Shown piece after piece: positions 1 to 10,214 of a DNA stretch of 41,985 bases. The DNA comes from Candidatus Krumholzibacteriia bacterium (lineage in GTDB: Bacteria; Krumholzibacteriota; Krumholzibacteriia; WVZY01), in the NCBI GenBank assembly GCA_046754105.1, contig JBHHVD010000015.1:1-41985 (forward strand), in the 5' to 3' direction. The notes below the pieces were generated by a model. It was given only the letters and a program-made list of their open reading frames with translations. It was not told where the DNA came from and ran no database searches. The position numbers were made by a program, and so were the translations under genes. How positions within the stretch are numbered: the first letter of the stretch is position 1; each line of letters begins with the position of its first letter.

Positions 1-270
1 GAGCCAGCCGCCTGCCGCCAACGGCACCGGTGCCAGCCACGGCAGCACATGCGGCCAGGGCCACGCCCGCCATTGCCACACGGTGTGCCAGTGGATGATG
101 GCGAGGACCATTGCCGCGTAGGGCGTGAGAAGAAAAACGTACGCGGCGCTTCCCAGTCGCCTCCACAAGCGCAACAGCCCGTGCAGCCACACGAGGTAGA
201 ACGGCACCGGCAGGTAGAGCGCGAGGAACGCCGTGGCCAGGACCGGCTTGATCGATTCGTGATACGACAT
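1..270 (-). CDS. N-terminal part of an integral membrane protein, possibly isoprenylcysteine carboxyl methyltransferase/PEMT family; runs off the window edge
   Basis: Not in the ORF track. Read manually from ATG at 270: MSYHESIKPVLATAFLALYLPVPFYLVWLHGLLRLWRRLGSAAYVFLLTPYAAMVLAIIHW..., open to position 1, with several hydrophobic helices. The family call is weak inference. Confidence 0.6.
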   Translation of the reverse strand, partial: MSYHESIKPVLATAFLALYLPVPFYLVWLHGLLRLWRRLGSAAYVFLLTPYAAMVLAIIHWHTVWQWRAWPWPHVLPWLAPVPLAAGGWL

Positions 271-452
271 GGTGTGAGGTCGCGTTGCTCCGGCGGCAAT
301 CGGAGGTTGCGAACGAATCATATCATAGAGGCGCGCGAGGGCAAAATGCACGATGAAAAAGCGGCGATCTTGCCCGCCGCGCCTTTGCCGTGGTACAATA
401 CAACCCTCAATCCCGATCATCACGGACTTCCCCGAGAGCTCGATCGCATTCG

Positions 453-925
453 ATGGCATCCCCGAGGCGTTACGCGTTTGCAGCAGCGGTACTGCTGCTG
501 ATTATTGCGGTGGTCTCCATTCCGCAAATGGGGAACCGACAGGACCGTCCACCCGCGACGGCGCCCAGCCCCATAGCGGGCACCCCGTCGCCCGCAGCGG
601 ACAGCATCCGCCCCAGCGGCCGGTGGATGCCCGCCCGGAATTCGTAGCGCGTCTGGCCGGTCCTGATATCAATACGCAAGTTCAGCGCCATAGCGATTCT
701 GGATCTCGAAAGCGGCCGAGTCGTCTGGGCGGCAACGTGCTGATAACAGAAAGCAATTACGGCCGGGCGCTCGAAGTGACCCGCGACAAGAAGGTCGTGT
801 GGGAGTTTCTCAATCCGAATCGTGCCGGAGAGAACAACGAACTCATCGGAACCCTCTTCGAAATGAAACGCGTCGAGTATTCCTATCCACGCTGGCTGGA
901 CGACAGAAGCACTCGCGGGGAGTGA
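453..925 (+). pseudogene. Internally deleted arylsulfotransferase (ASST-like beta-propeller) remnant
   Basis: Signal-anchor N-terminus (MASPRRYAFAAAVLLLIIAVVSIP) ends at TAG 645-647. The same frame resumes VLISIRKFSAIAILDLESGRVVWA (660-731). Another frame gives GNVLITESNYGRALEVTRDKKVVWEFLNP to stop 925. The last two segments resemble the middle and C-terminal blades of ASST-family proteins. Confidence 0.65.
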
Positions 926-1061
926 CGGAACCCAGGTAGGCGAAGTCATTATAACAGTTGAAGGTACGGGAGCGATCGTGCTAGGCTTCGTGTTCATCGA
1001 GCGGTCCCGCTGCGGAAGGAAAACCCGCACAACGCGTTGAAGGGGGAGACGACCCGGCGCC

Positions 1062-3410
1062 ATGGCGCGCGAAGAACAACAAGGTATTCGCTTCGGCTAT
1101 GTCGAGGCCTCGATCCTCATCGTATCCATGGCGATGTTGATGTTCGAGATTCTGCAGACGATTACCATGTCGCTGCAGGCGCTCGAGCGCAGCGCGTTCC
1201 TCGTCGTGTCGCTGTGCCTGCTCGGGCTCGGCGGCGGCGGCTCACTCGCCACGTGGCTGGGCGCGCGCAAGAACCTGAACCCGCTCGGCGTCATGCGCTG
1301 GAGCGCGGTCGCGTTCGCTGTGACGCTGGTGGCCGGCACCATCGCGTCGAGCTGGACGGTCAGCCTGTCGGAGCTGATCCTGCTGGGCGTCGTCCCGTAT
1401 ATCTTCGTCGGTATCTATCTGTCGTTTCTTTTCAAAACGTGGCCCGAGCGCGCCAACCGGTCGTATTTTCTCAACCTGGTGGGGTCCGGTCTCGGGTGTC
1501 TCGGGCTGGCGTGGATCGTAAACGGCACCGGCGACGTGCCGCTGGCCACGTTTCTCGTCGCGGCGATGGCGCTGTTTGCCGCCGCGCTCGTCGGCGCGGC
1601 GTCCGCGAGGCGGCTCACCGTGGTGCCGGTCGCCCTGGTCGTCGCGCTGCTCGTGCTCATTCCGTTCCGGCATCGGCTCTACGAGTACCGGCCGGCGCCG
1701 GAGAAGGGCATGGCCATGATCCTCGGCAACCCCGCAATCGAATCCGAAATCACGTGGTCCCGCTGGAGCTACCTGGGGCGGCTCGACGTGCTCAAGCCGG
1801 GACCGGGCATAGAAAACTTCAAGCTCGGCGGGCGGGCGGTGCGCAATCTGCTCGACAAGGGCTGTGACGTTCAGTTTCTGTTCGCAAGTGGCGGTAACTG
1901 GACCAAGGCAATCCGATTCGGTGACAACGAAGCGGCGCGAAGGGACTTTGTGCGAAAGTCGCGGCACTCGATCGCGTATATCCTTACCGAGGATCCCGAG
2001 GTGCTCAACATCGGTTTCGGCGGCGGTGTCGACATATTTCTTGCCCTGCAACACGGCGCCACCTCGGTTGTCGGCGTGGATATCAACCCGTTGATGGTCG
2101 AGGCCGGCCGCTCGGGGCTGCCCGGGTACTTCGGGGATTTCTACAACGACCCCCGCGTGACCATCGTCGTGATGGACGGCAGGACCTACGTCCGCAACAC
2201 GGACCGCCGGTTCGACGTCATCTCGCTGACCGCCGTGGATACGGGTGAGCTGCTGCATTCCAACGCACACGTGCTGCTGGAGAACTACCTGTACACGCAC
2301 GAGGCGTTCGAGGATTACATCCGCCACTTGAGCAAAGAGGGGTTTCTATACGTCTCGCGACCCCACGTGCAAACCATGCGTGCCATCGTCACCGCGGCGT
2401 CGGTGCTGCGAGACCGCGGCGTTGAGGAGCCCGCGCGGCATTTTGCGGTCCTCGGCCGCGGCGAGATCGGAAGGGGAAACTGGCGGAGCATCCTAGTCAG
2501 CAAGCGGCCGCTCACCGGCGAACAGAAGGCGAGGATCCTGGAGCAGTATCCCAACCAGGTGGCCTACCTGCCGGATTACCGGCAGAGCGAGGGCCCGTGG
2601 AAGCATTTCTTCGACAAAACCATTGGTGACGCGGGAGAAGAAGTGATCACGCGGGGCGGGGCCAACGTCTCGCCCGTCTGGGACGATCGACCGTTTTTCT
2701 ACGAGTTCAGCAAGAGCCTGAGCCACTCGTACGCGGGACGGGTGCTTTTCCGTATCCTGCTGTGGGTGACCGCGATCGCCGTCGTCCTCATAATCGTCCC
2801 GATGTTCGGCGTGCGGCTCCCCGGCCGGGCAGCCGGCTGGCGGATCGCCGGCATCATGGGATATTTCGCCGCCATCGGGGCGGGTTTCATGTTCATCGAG
2901 ATCGGCATGATTCAAAAGCTGGTTTTGTTTCTCGGGCACCCGGTGTATTCGGTCACCGTTACGTTGTTTACGATCCTCGTTTTTTCCGGCCTCGGCAGCA
3001 TGTTCGCGAAACGGCTGGACGCCGGCCGGGCGAATACGGCGGTGTTGATCTGGGCGCCGATCGTCGCGGCGGCGGTGTTCTACGCCGTCGGGCTCGGCGC
3101 GGTCCTGACCCGCGTGCACTCGGACTGGATCGCGGTCCGGGTCGTTACCGCGTCGCTCCTGCTGGCGCCCGGCAGCTTCTTCATGGGTATGCCGTTTCCG
3201 ACCATGATCCGGCTCCTGCAGGGGGACGACGAGGTGTTGATTCCGTGGGCGTGGGCGATCAACGCGTTCACATCCGTTGCCGCGTCCGTGCTGACCGTGC
3301 TCTTCGCCATGCGTTTCGGGTTTACGGTCGTCATGTACGTCGGGGCCCTCGTCTATATCGTCGCCCTGACTTTCTTTCTGCTTCGCATCCGATTCGCCGC
3401 TCGCGGGTGA
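1062..3410 (+). CDS. Membrane-bound spermidine synthase-like class I SAM-dependent transferase
   Basis: 782 aa. N- and C-terminal multi-TM blocks flank a SAM-binding domain (VLNIGFGGGVD, VGVDINP, DGRTYV, FDVISL, ENYLYTHEAF, DDRPFF). Confidence 0.85.
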   Translation: MAREEQQGIRFGYVEASILIVSMAMLMFEILQTITMSLQALERSAFLVVSLCLLGLGGGGSLATWLGARKNLNPLGVMRWSAVAFAVTLVAGTIASSWTVSLSELILLGVVPYIFVGIYLSFLFKTWPERANRSYFLNLVGSGLGCLGLAWIVNGTGDVPLATFLVAAMALFAAALVGAASARRLTVVPVALVVALLVLIPFRHRLYEYRPAPEKGMAMILGNPAIESEITWSRWSYLGRLDVLKPGPGIENFKLGGRAVRNLLDKGCDVQFLFASGGNWTKAIRFGDNEAARRDFVRKSRHSIAYILTEDPEVLNIGFGGGVDIFLALQHGATSVVGVDINPLMVEAGRSGLPGYFGDFYNDPRVTIVVMDGRTYVRNTDRRFDVISLTAVDTGELLHSNAHVLLENYLYTHEAFEDYIRHLSKEGFLYVSRPHVQTMRAIVTAASVLRDRGVEEPARHFAVLGRGEIGRGNWRSILVSKRPLTGEQKARILEQYPNQVAYLPDYRQSEGPWKHFFDKTIGDAGEEVITRGGANVSPVWDDRPFFYEFSKSLSHSYAGRVLFRILLWVTAIAVVLIIVPMFGVRLPGRAAGWRIAGIMGYFAAIGAGFMFIEIGMIQKLVLFLGHPVYSVTVTLFTILVFSGLGSMFAKRLDAGRANTAVLIWAPIVAAAVFYAVGLGAVLTRVHSDWIAVRVVTASLLLAPGSFFMGMPFPTMIRLLQGDDEVLIPWAWAINAFTSVAASVLTVLFAMRFGFTVVMYVGALVYIVALTFFLLRIRFAARG

Positions 3411-3434
3411 GCCCGCCAGCGTGGCGCTCGCATT

Positions 3435-3980
3435 CTACGACAAGCGCGACAGGGCCCGCGTGTAGACACCGAGGTCACGTTCAGAAAAGAGAACGAACCG
3501 CACCTCTTCGAACGAAGCGCGTTCGAGAACGCCGGCCACGGTGGTAACGGCGACTCCCGCCGCGCGCTCGACGGGGAAACGGTACGCACCGGTACTGATG
3601 GAGGGGAACGACAGGGTGCGGATGTTCTTCGAGGCGGCGAGCTTGAGGGAATTGCGGTAAGCGGATGCCAACAGTTCGGGTTCGTCGCTGCTGCCCCCGT
3701 GCCACACCGGCCCGACCGTGTGGATGACCCATGTAGCGGCGAGGGCGCCGCCGGTCGTAATCACGGCCTCACCGGTGGGACAGCGACCGATCCGGGCCGC
3801 GATCTTCCTGCACGCCTCGAGGATGGCCGGGCCGCCGGCTCGATGGATCGCGCCGTCGACGCCACCGCCGCCGAGAAGCGTGCTGTTGGCCGCATTGACA
3901 ATCGCCTCGGTGTCCTGGCGGGTGATGTCCCCGAGGACGAGCGCCAGACGGCTGCCGGCGATATCCACATTCGATGGCAT
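3435..3980 (-). CDS. ymdB: Macro-domain O-acetyl-ADP-ribose deacetylase
   Basis: GDIT, AIVNAANSTLLGGGGVDGAIHRAGG, VIHTVGPVW and FPSISTGAYRFP macrodomain motifs. Confidence 0.93.
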   Translation of the reverse strand: MPSNVDIAGSRLALVLGDITRQDTEAIVNAANSTLLGGGGVDGAIHRAGGPAILEACRKIAARIGRCPTGEAVITTGGALAATWVIHTVGPVWHGGSSDEPELLASAYRNSLKLAASKNIRTLSFPSISTGAYRFPVERAAGVAVTTVAGVLERASFEEVRFVLFSERDLGVYTRALSRLS

Positions 3981-4007
3981 TTCGAGAAACCCTTTGTTCG
4001 TAATAAA

Positions 4008-4454
4008 TCACACGCGTCGAAACGCTTCGTGCAGCGCTTCTTCCACTCCGCCGACCTGTATGAGGTCCGGGGAGACGTCGAAGCTGTTGAGGCTGATCAC
4101 GGGGACGTTGAACTGCAGTGCGTAGGCGACCTCGGAAAGGGTCCCCGGGCCGCCCTGGATCGCGATGACCACGCTGGCGGACTGCACAATGATGACGTTA
4201 CGAGCGAATCCGATGCCGGTGACCACCGGGATCATTACGTACGGATTGGCGTCGCGGGCGCTGTTGCCGGGCAGAACACCGACGGTCAAGCCACCCGCCT
4301 CGAACGCGCCCTGGCACGCCCCTTCCATGACGCCTCCCAGCCCCCCGCAGATCAGCGGATAGCCGGCATTCGCGACACCCTTGCCGACGTCGTAGGCGAG
4401 TTGGCGCACGGCCTCCGTACACGTACTCGATCCGATCACGCCGATGAGGTTCAT
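4008..4454 (-). CDS. TIGR00725 family LOG/SLOG nucleotide-binding protein
   Basis: IGVIG, CGGLGGVMEGAC, VGVLPG, TGIGFARN and GGPGTLSEV motifs. Confidence 0.9.
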   Translation of the reverse strand: MNLIGVIGSSTCTEAVRQLAYDVGKGVANAGYPLICGGLGGVMEGACQGAFEAGGLTVGVLPGNSARDANPYVMIPVVTGIGFARNVIIVQSASVVIAIQGGPGTLSEVAYALQFNVPVISLNSFDVSPDLIQVGGVEEALHEAFRRV

Positions 4455-4534
4455 GCACCTATTCTAGCACAGAGGCCGGGAGAACGGAAAATCGTCCGTA
4501 CGGGCTCCGCCCTGCCGCGGTTTCACGGGCCGGG

Positions 4535-5089
4535 TCACGGACCCGCGGGGTTGTCCGGCGTCACCGCCAGAAAGCCCTCCGAAATCATGCGCGTGCCGGC
4601 CGGCGCCCCGCCGGCATCCTCGAGGTCGATCCGCAGGGAGTTGAAAGTCGCCACCGCCACGGTCGCATCGGAGAAGGTCAGCGTGAAAACGCCCGATATC
4701 GACAGCGACGAATAATCGTACACGCCCGGGCGGGTCTCGCGGTAAACGATCCACACGTCATCTGGACCGGGAAGGATCGGGTCGTCGGTGATGATCAGTG
4801 TCCGTGGGAAAACGGCGTGGGTCAGAAAACTGACGTTGATTGCGACGGTCACGCTGTCGGCGGCGAACGACGCGGTCACGTCGTAGCGCCCGGCGCCGCC
4901 CAGGAGTGAAGTGGTCTCGCCGTCGGCGACACACATGTCGACCGGGGACGGCGTCCCCGAGATGCGGGCGCCGAACGCCGCACCGTTCCGGCACAGCTTG
5001 TCGGGATCGATCAGCTCCTCGTCCCCGCAGCCCGCGCAGGACAGGACGCCGGCGAGCAGAATGAGGGAGAAAAGGGCCATTCGCGGCAT
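4535..5089 (-). CDS. Hypothetical lipoprotein
   Basis: Likely start MPRMALFSLILLAGVLSCAGC: hydrophobic signal plus lipobox-like Cys, then a beta-rich mature domain. The ORF-track extension to 5356 crosses a divergent promoter region. Confidence 0.6.
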   Translation of the reverse strand: MPRMALFSLILLAGVLSCAGCGDEELIDPDKLCRNGAAFGARISGTPSPVDMCVADGETTSLLGGAGRYDVTASFAADSVTVAINVSFLTHAVFPRTLIITDDPILPGPDDVWIVYRETRPGVYDYSSLSISGVFTLTFSDATVAVATFNSLRIDLEDAGGAPAGTRMISEGFLAVTPDNPAGP

Positions 5090-5429
5090 GACGGGACGGC
5101 TCCATAGAGTCGGACGAGGGGTGTGGGGACGGCGGTTGCCAGGAAAATATAAGATGTGCCCCGGGGGGTGGTCAAATTCTTTGGCCGCCGGGGATTTCCG
5201 CATCCGGCGGCGGCGGAACATGTTATACTTATAACTCTCGTGACAAAGGACAGTACACTGCCTATGAGCCTTCGCTAAAGCGTAAAACCCGCGATCGGAC
5301 CCATCCACGGGCCAGGCGGCCTCGATCATATGTTGATGAAGGAGTTGTATTTGCACATGCGACGTAGCGTACGGTCACGCCCGCACCCCGCCGCAGGCAC
5401 CGGCGGGGAAGGGCGGAGAGGCGCATAAG

Positions 5430-7337
5430 ATGTGCGGCATCTGTGGAAAACTGGCGTGGGAGGGCCCGGAAGAGGTCTCGGAGCCGGTGGTGCGCGCGAT
5501 GACCGCCACGCTGGCACATCGCGGCCCCGACGGCGAGGGACACCACCTGTGGAGTGACGATGGTGTGGCGGTTGGTCTCGGCCACCGCCGCCTGAGCATC
5601 ATCGATCTCTCGGACGCGGGACGGCAGCCGATGGCGAACGCGGACGGCACGGTGTGGGTGATACACAACGGTGAGGTGTACAATTTTCGTGAGCTGCGCT
5701 CGGAACTGGAAGCGCTCGGTTACCGGTTCCGTTCCAAGACCGACACCGAAGTGATCCTGCACGCGTACGAGGCGTGGGGGAGCGGGTGCGTTGAACGCCT
5801 GCAGGGGATGTTCGCCTTCGCCGTGTGGGATCAAGGCAGGCGCCGCCTTTTCTTGGCCCGCGACCGCGTGGGAATCAAGCCCCTCTATTATGCAGTCCGC
5901 GGGGGTGCGCTCCTTTTCGCATCCGAAATGAAGGCGCTGCTGCAGGACCCGGCGCTGGATACCGGTTTGGATAACGGTGCGCTGGACAGCTATCTCGCTT
6001 TCGGGTACGTTCCCGCCCCCGATACGATTTTTCGTTCCGTCAAGAAACTGCCCCCGGCGCACGTACTGTCGTGGCAGGACGGCCGCGTGCACATCGAGCG
6101 TTACTGGCAGTACCGGGCCGCCCGAGAAACGGCGCCCGCCAGGGACGAAGGCGAGTGGCTGGAGGAATTCGAGGCCGTGCTGCAGAAAGCGGTAGCGAGG
6201 CAGATGGTGAGCGACGTGCCGCTGGGCGCGTTTCTAAGCGGCGGTATCGATTCGAGCTTGATCGTGTGGATGATGTCGAGGGCATCCGATCAGCCGGTGC
6301 AGTCGTTCACCGTGGGCTTCGATGAACAGGGGTGGAGCGAAGCGCCGTACGCACGCCGTGCCGCGAGCAGGTTTGCGACCGAGCACCACGAGTACGACGT
6401 GTCCGCCGCCGCGATGGATATCCTGCCCAAACTCGTGTGGCACCTCGACGAGCCGTTCGGGGATTCGTCCATGTTGCCCACCTACTACGTCAGCAAGATG
6501 ACGCGGCAGCGGGTAACGGTGGCGCTGTCCGGCGACGGAGGCGACGAGTTGTTCGCCGGCTACTCCCGTTACCAGGGCGAGCGGCTCTCGAACATCTTTC
6601 AGCGTCTTCCCCGCTGGGTGCAATCCGGTGTCGTATCGACGCTGCGTGCCGCACCGCTGTCGCGGACGGCGCCGGCCAGGCGGCTGGGCAACGTGCTGGC
6701 GAACGCCGGGCTCGACTTTGCCAGCCGCTACCGGAACAAGCAATCACTGGGCGAGGCCGGCACGCGGAGGGAGCTCTACGCAGATGACTTCCGAAGAAGT
6801 CTCGCCGCGGAGGCCGACCCGTTGGACGATCTCCTCGCCTCAGCGCCGAAAGGAGATTTCGTCGATCGCTTGACCGCTCTCGATATGGAGTTCTATCTGC
6901 CGAACGACATGCTGGTGAAGGTCGACCGGATGAGCATGGCGTCCTCGCTCGAAGTGCGTGTCCCGTTTCTGGATGAAAAGGTGATTGAGACGGCGTCGCG
7001 GATACCCACCCACCTCAAGCTGCGCAACTTCACCACCAAGTACCTGCTGCGCAAGCTGGCCTCGAAGGCGCTGCCGCCGGAGATCTCGCGCCGGGGCAAG
7101 CAGGGCTTCGGCGTGCCGATCCACTCCTGGTTCCGGGGGGCGCTGGTGGATGCGGCCCGGGACCTCCTGCTCGACGGACGGACGCTGCGGCGGGGATATT
7201 TCGCGCGGCGGGCGCTGGAGGCGCTCCTGGACCGGCACCAGCGCGGCATGCAGGACCATGGACATCTCATTTTTGCCCTGATGTCGTTGGAAACCTGGAA
7301 CCGTGTGTTTATCGACCACAGGGGAACGTCGCCGTGA
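5430..7337 (+). CDS. asnB: Asparagine synthase (glutamine-hydrolysing) family amidotransferase, copy 1
   Basis: MCGICG Ntn N-terminus, HRGPDG, RRLSIIDL, HNGEVYNF, FLSGGIDSS, SGDGGDELFAGY, KVDRMSMASSLEVRVPFLD and KQGF motifs. Confidence 0.95.
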   Translation: MCGICGKLAWEGPEEVSEPVVRAMTATLAHRGPDGEGHHLWSDDGVAVGLGHRRLSIIDLSDAGRQPMANADGTVWVIHNGEVYNFRELRSELEALGYRFRSKTDTEVILHAYEAWGSGCVERLQGMFAFAVWDQGRRRLFLARDRVGIKPLYYAVRGGALLFASEMKALLQDPALDTGLDNGALDSYLAFGYVPAPDTIFRSVKKLPPAHVLSWQDGRVHIERYWQYRAARETAPARDEGEWLEEFEAVLQKAVARQMVSDVPLGAFLSGGIDSSLIVWMMSRASDQPVQSFTVGFDEQGWSEAPYARRAASRFATEHHEYDVSAAAMDILPKLVWHLDEPFGDSSMLPTYYVSKMTRQRVTVALSGDGGDELFAGYSRYQGERLSNIFQRLPRWVQSGVVSTLRAAPLSRTAPARRLGNVLANAGLDFASRYRNKQSLGEAGTRRELYADDFRRSLAAEADPLDDLLASAPKGDFVDRLTALDMEFYLPNDMLVKVDRMSMASSLEVRVPFLDEKVIETASRIPTHLKLRNFTTKYLLRKLASKALPPEISRRGKQGFGVPIHSWFRGALVDAARDLLLDGRTLRRGYFARRALEALLDRHQRGMQDHGHLIFALMSLETWNRVFIDHRGTSP

Positions 7338-8320
7338 CGACATGCATGGTCACCAACATGTACCCTACGGCGGACAACCCGGCCTACGGTGCGTTCATCA
7401 AATCGCAGATCGACTCGATTGCGGCCGCCGGACACGACGTCGAGGTTTTGTTCATCGACGGCCGCGAATCGAGGTGGAATTACGTGACCGCCGTGGCAAA
7501 ACTGCGCAGGATGCTGCGCGGGGGACGCTACGATCTGGTGCACGCGCATTACGGGCTCAGCGGCATGGTGGCGCGCGCGCAGCGCCGCTGCCCGGTGGTC
7601 GTCTCGTTCTGTGGGGACGACCTGCTCGGCACCCCGAACGGCCGCGGCGGCATTACGCTGAAGAGCCGCGCGCTCGCGTGGCTCGGCCAGCTGCTGGCGC
7701 GTTCGGCGGACGGGGTTATCCTCAAGAGCGAGCAGATGAGAGAACGGCTGGTTTTTTCGTCGGCGAAGAACAGTGCGGCGGTGATCCCCAACGGTGTCGA
7801 CCTGGAGCTGTTCCGGCCGATGGACCGCGACGCGGCCCGCGAGGAGCTGGGCCTGGACCCGGACGGTCACTACGTGCTCTTTCCCAGCCCACCGCACGAA
7901 CGGGTCAAGCGTTTCGACCTCGCCGAGGCCGCCCTCGCCGCGGCGCGGCAAACGTGCCCGGACCTGGAGATGCGGGTGTTGTACGGCCAGCCCCAGCGGG
8001 TCGTACCGGTCTACATGAACGCCTGTGACGTCATGCTGCTGACGTCGGATTCGGAAGGCTCGCCCAACGTGGTCAAGGAAGCGATGGCGTGCAACCTGCC
8101 CGTGGTGACGGTGGACGCGGGGGACGCCGGCCGGGTCATCGAGGGCACGCGGCACTGCCATCTCGCGCGGCGCGAGGCCGGTGATCTGGCGGACAACATG
8201 ATCCTCGTCCTCGCCGCGGGCGAGCGCAGCGACGGTCGAACCCGCGTCGGACATCTCGGGCTGGGCGCGGTGGCCGAGCGCGTACTGGACGTCTATCGCG
8301 GCGTCCTCAGCGGGGGATAA
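7334..8320 (+). CDS. Glycosyltransferase family 4
   Basis: GTG start overlapping the asnB stop (GTGA); DLVHAHYG, IPNGVD and SEGSPNVVKEAMACNLPVV (EX7E) motifs. Confidence 0.9.
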   Translation: MTTCMVTNMYPTADNPAYGAFIKSQIDSIAAAGHDVEVLFIDGRESRWNYVTAVAKLRRMLRGGRYDLVHAHYGLSGMVARAQRRCPVVVSFCGDDLLGTPNGRGGITLKSRALAWLGQLLARSADGVILKSEQMRERLVFSSAKNSAAVIPNGVDLELFRPMDRDAAREELGLDPDGHYVLFPSPPHERVKRFDLAEAALAAARQTCPDLEMRVLYGQPQRVVPVYMNACDVMLLTSDSEGSPNVVKEAMACNLPVVTVDAGDAGRVIEGTRHCHLARREAGDLADNMILVLAAGERSDGRTRVGHLGLGAVAERVLDVYRGVLSGG

Positions 8321-8326
8321 CACGGC

Positions 8327-10207
8327 ATGTGCGGAATTGCGGGAGTCTTGAACCACGACGGTACGCCGGTCGACCGCGACTTGCTCACGACGATGTGCGA
8401 TGTGATCGCGCACCGCGGGCCCGACGACGCCGGCGTGTTCGCGGACGGCCCCGTCGGTCTCGGTAATCGGCGCCTGAGCATTATCGACCTGGAGGGCGGC
8501 CACCAGCCGATTTGTAACGCCGCCGGGACCGCGTGCATCGTCTACAACGGGGAGCTCTACAACTACCGCGAGCTGCGAAGCGAACTCGAAGCGGCCGGCT
8601 GCCGGTTTCAAACACAATCGGATACCGAGGTCGTCCTGGAATCGTACGAAGCATGGGGTGTCGACTGCGTGATGCGCTTCAACGGCATCTTCGCCTTGGC
8701 GGTGTGGGATGCGCCGCGACGGAGACTCTTCCTCGCCCGGGACCACCTCGGCGTCAAACCCCTCTATTTCTACCAGGATCAAGCCACGACCGTTTTTGCA
8801 TCCGAAATCAAGTCCATACTTGAGCATCCCAGGGTGCCGCGCACGGTGGACCTGCACGCGCTCGACATGTTTCTCACCTACCGCTACGTGCCGTCACCCG
8901 GCACGCTGCTCGAGGGGATACGCAAGCTCTCTCCCGGCCACCGGCTCGTTCTCGAAAACGGCGGGACGCGGGTCGAGAGTTTCTGGGACTACGCGCCGGA
9001 GATCGATCGCCGCGTCACCGAAGACGAGGCGGCGGACCGGCTGGCCGCGCTCTTCGAACAGGCGGTGCGCCGGCAGATGGTTAGCGACGTTCCGGTCGGG
9101 CTGATGTTGAGCGGCGGCGTCGACTCCGGAGCGGTGCTGGCCGTCATGCGCAAGTATGCGGGGGAGGCCGTGAAGACGTTTACCGTCGGGTTCGAGGAGG
9201 ACAGCGACGCCAACGAGCTCGCCGAGGCACGGGAGACAGCCGGGTTGTTCGGTGCCGAGCATCATGAGGTGGTCGTAAGTGCCGTCGAGTACCGTGATTT
9301 TCTGCCGCGGGCGCTGTGGCACCTCGAGGAGCCGCTGAGCACGACCTCCATCCTGCCCTTCTATTATGTGTCCGAGCTGGCCAGGCGACACGTGAAAGTC
9401 GTGCTCACCGGGCAGGGGGCGGACGAGCCGTTCGCCGGATACAACCGTTACCGGGGCGAGAAACTGGGAGGGTACCTGCGTCGTTTCCCGGCCCGTATTC
9501 AGCAGGGGTTGTCCCGTGCCAGCCTCAAGATTCCGCACCGTGGGGAGGGAATCAGACGGGCGGCGAGGGCGCTCACCGTGGAAGACCCGGTGAGCCGTTT
9601 CGTGGAAGTGTACGCGGTGTTTTCCGCTTCGGAACGCCGGGGGCTGTACCGGGCCGGGGTTGCCGAGGTGCTCGCCGGACACGATCCCTCGGCGCCGATC
9701 GCTCGCCTGCAGGAACGGGTGTCGCACCTCGATTCCCTGGCGCAAATGCTCTACATCGATACTCGTGTGTGGCTGGCCGACGACTTGCTGCTCTACGGGG
9801 ACAAGCTTTCCATGGCGCACTCGCTCGAGGCGCGGGTGCCGTTCCTGGACGTCGAATTCCTCGAATACGCAGAGACCCTTCCCTCGGATATGAAACTGCG
9901 CGGGCTCACCGGAAAGTATATCCACAAGAAGGCGATGTCGCGGTGGCTGCCCCCGCAGATCATCCGGCGCAAGAAGAAAGGTTTTGCCACGCCGATGGAC
10001 CGCTGGCTTCGCGGCGAGCTGACCGATTACTTGCGTGACACGCTGCTCGCTACCGGGACGGAGTGCCACCAGTATTTCGACCGCAGGGCGATCGCGGGCA
10101 TGATCGACGAGCACTCCGCGGGGGCCAGGGACTACCAGAGACAGCTCTTTGCGCTCCTGACCTTCGAATTGTGGCACCGCATTTTTGTCGGTGCGGGGGA
10201 GCGCTGA
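8327..10207 (+). CDS. asnB: Asparagine synthase (glutamine-hydrolysing) family amidotransferase, copy 2
   Basis: MCGIAG, HRGPDD, YNGELYNY, MLSGGVDS, TGQGADEPFAGY, SLEARVPFLD and KKGF motifs. Confidence 0.95.
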   Translation: MCGIAGVLNHDGTPVDRDLLTTMCDVIAHRGPDDAGVFADGPVGLGNRRLSIIDLEGGHQPICNAAGTACIVYNGELYNYRELRSELEAAGCRFQTQSDTEVVLESYEAWGVDCVMRFNGIFALAVWDAPRRRLFLARDHLGVKPLYFYQDQATTVFASEIKSILEHPRVPRTVDLHALDMFLTYRYVPSPGTLLEGIRKLSPGHRLVLENGGTRVESFWDYAPEIDRRVTEDEAADRLAALFEQAVRRQMVSDVPVGLMLSGGVDSGAVLAVMRKYAGEAVKTFTVGFEEDSDANELAEARETAGLFGAEHHEVVVSAVEYRDFLPRALWHLEEPLSTTSILPFYYVSELARRHVKVVLTGQGADEPFAGYNRYRGEKLGGYLRRFPARIQQGLSRASLKIPHRGEGIRRAARALTVEDPVSRFVEVYAVFSASERRGLYRAGVAEVLAGHDPSAPIARLQERVSHLDSLAQMLYIDTRVWLADDLLLYGDKLSMAHSLEARVPFLDVEFLEYAETLPSDMKLRGLTGKYIHKKAMSRWLPPQIIRRKKKGFATPMDRWLRGELTDYLRDTLLATGTECHQYFDRRAIAGMIDEHSAGARDYQRQLFALLTFELWHRIFVGAGER

Positions 10208-10214
10208 TCGCATC

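Noticed and set aside
738..743. TGC-TGA (Cys-Sec) in the ASST remnant as a third selenocysteine site
   Set aside because: It lies just past the deletion junction, where homology switches to another frame, and there is no GGUC hairpin downstream.
5200..5429. Riboswitch or sigma54 promoter in the asnB leader
   Set aside because: No recognisable riboswitch consensus. aGGAGTTGTATTTGCA has GG-N10-GC spacing but a poor -24 box, too weak to call.
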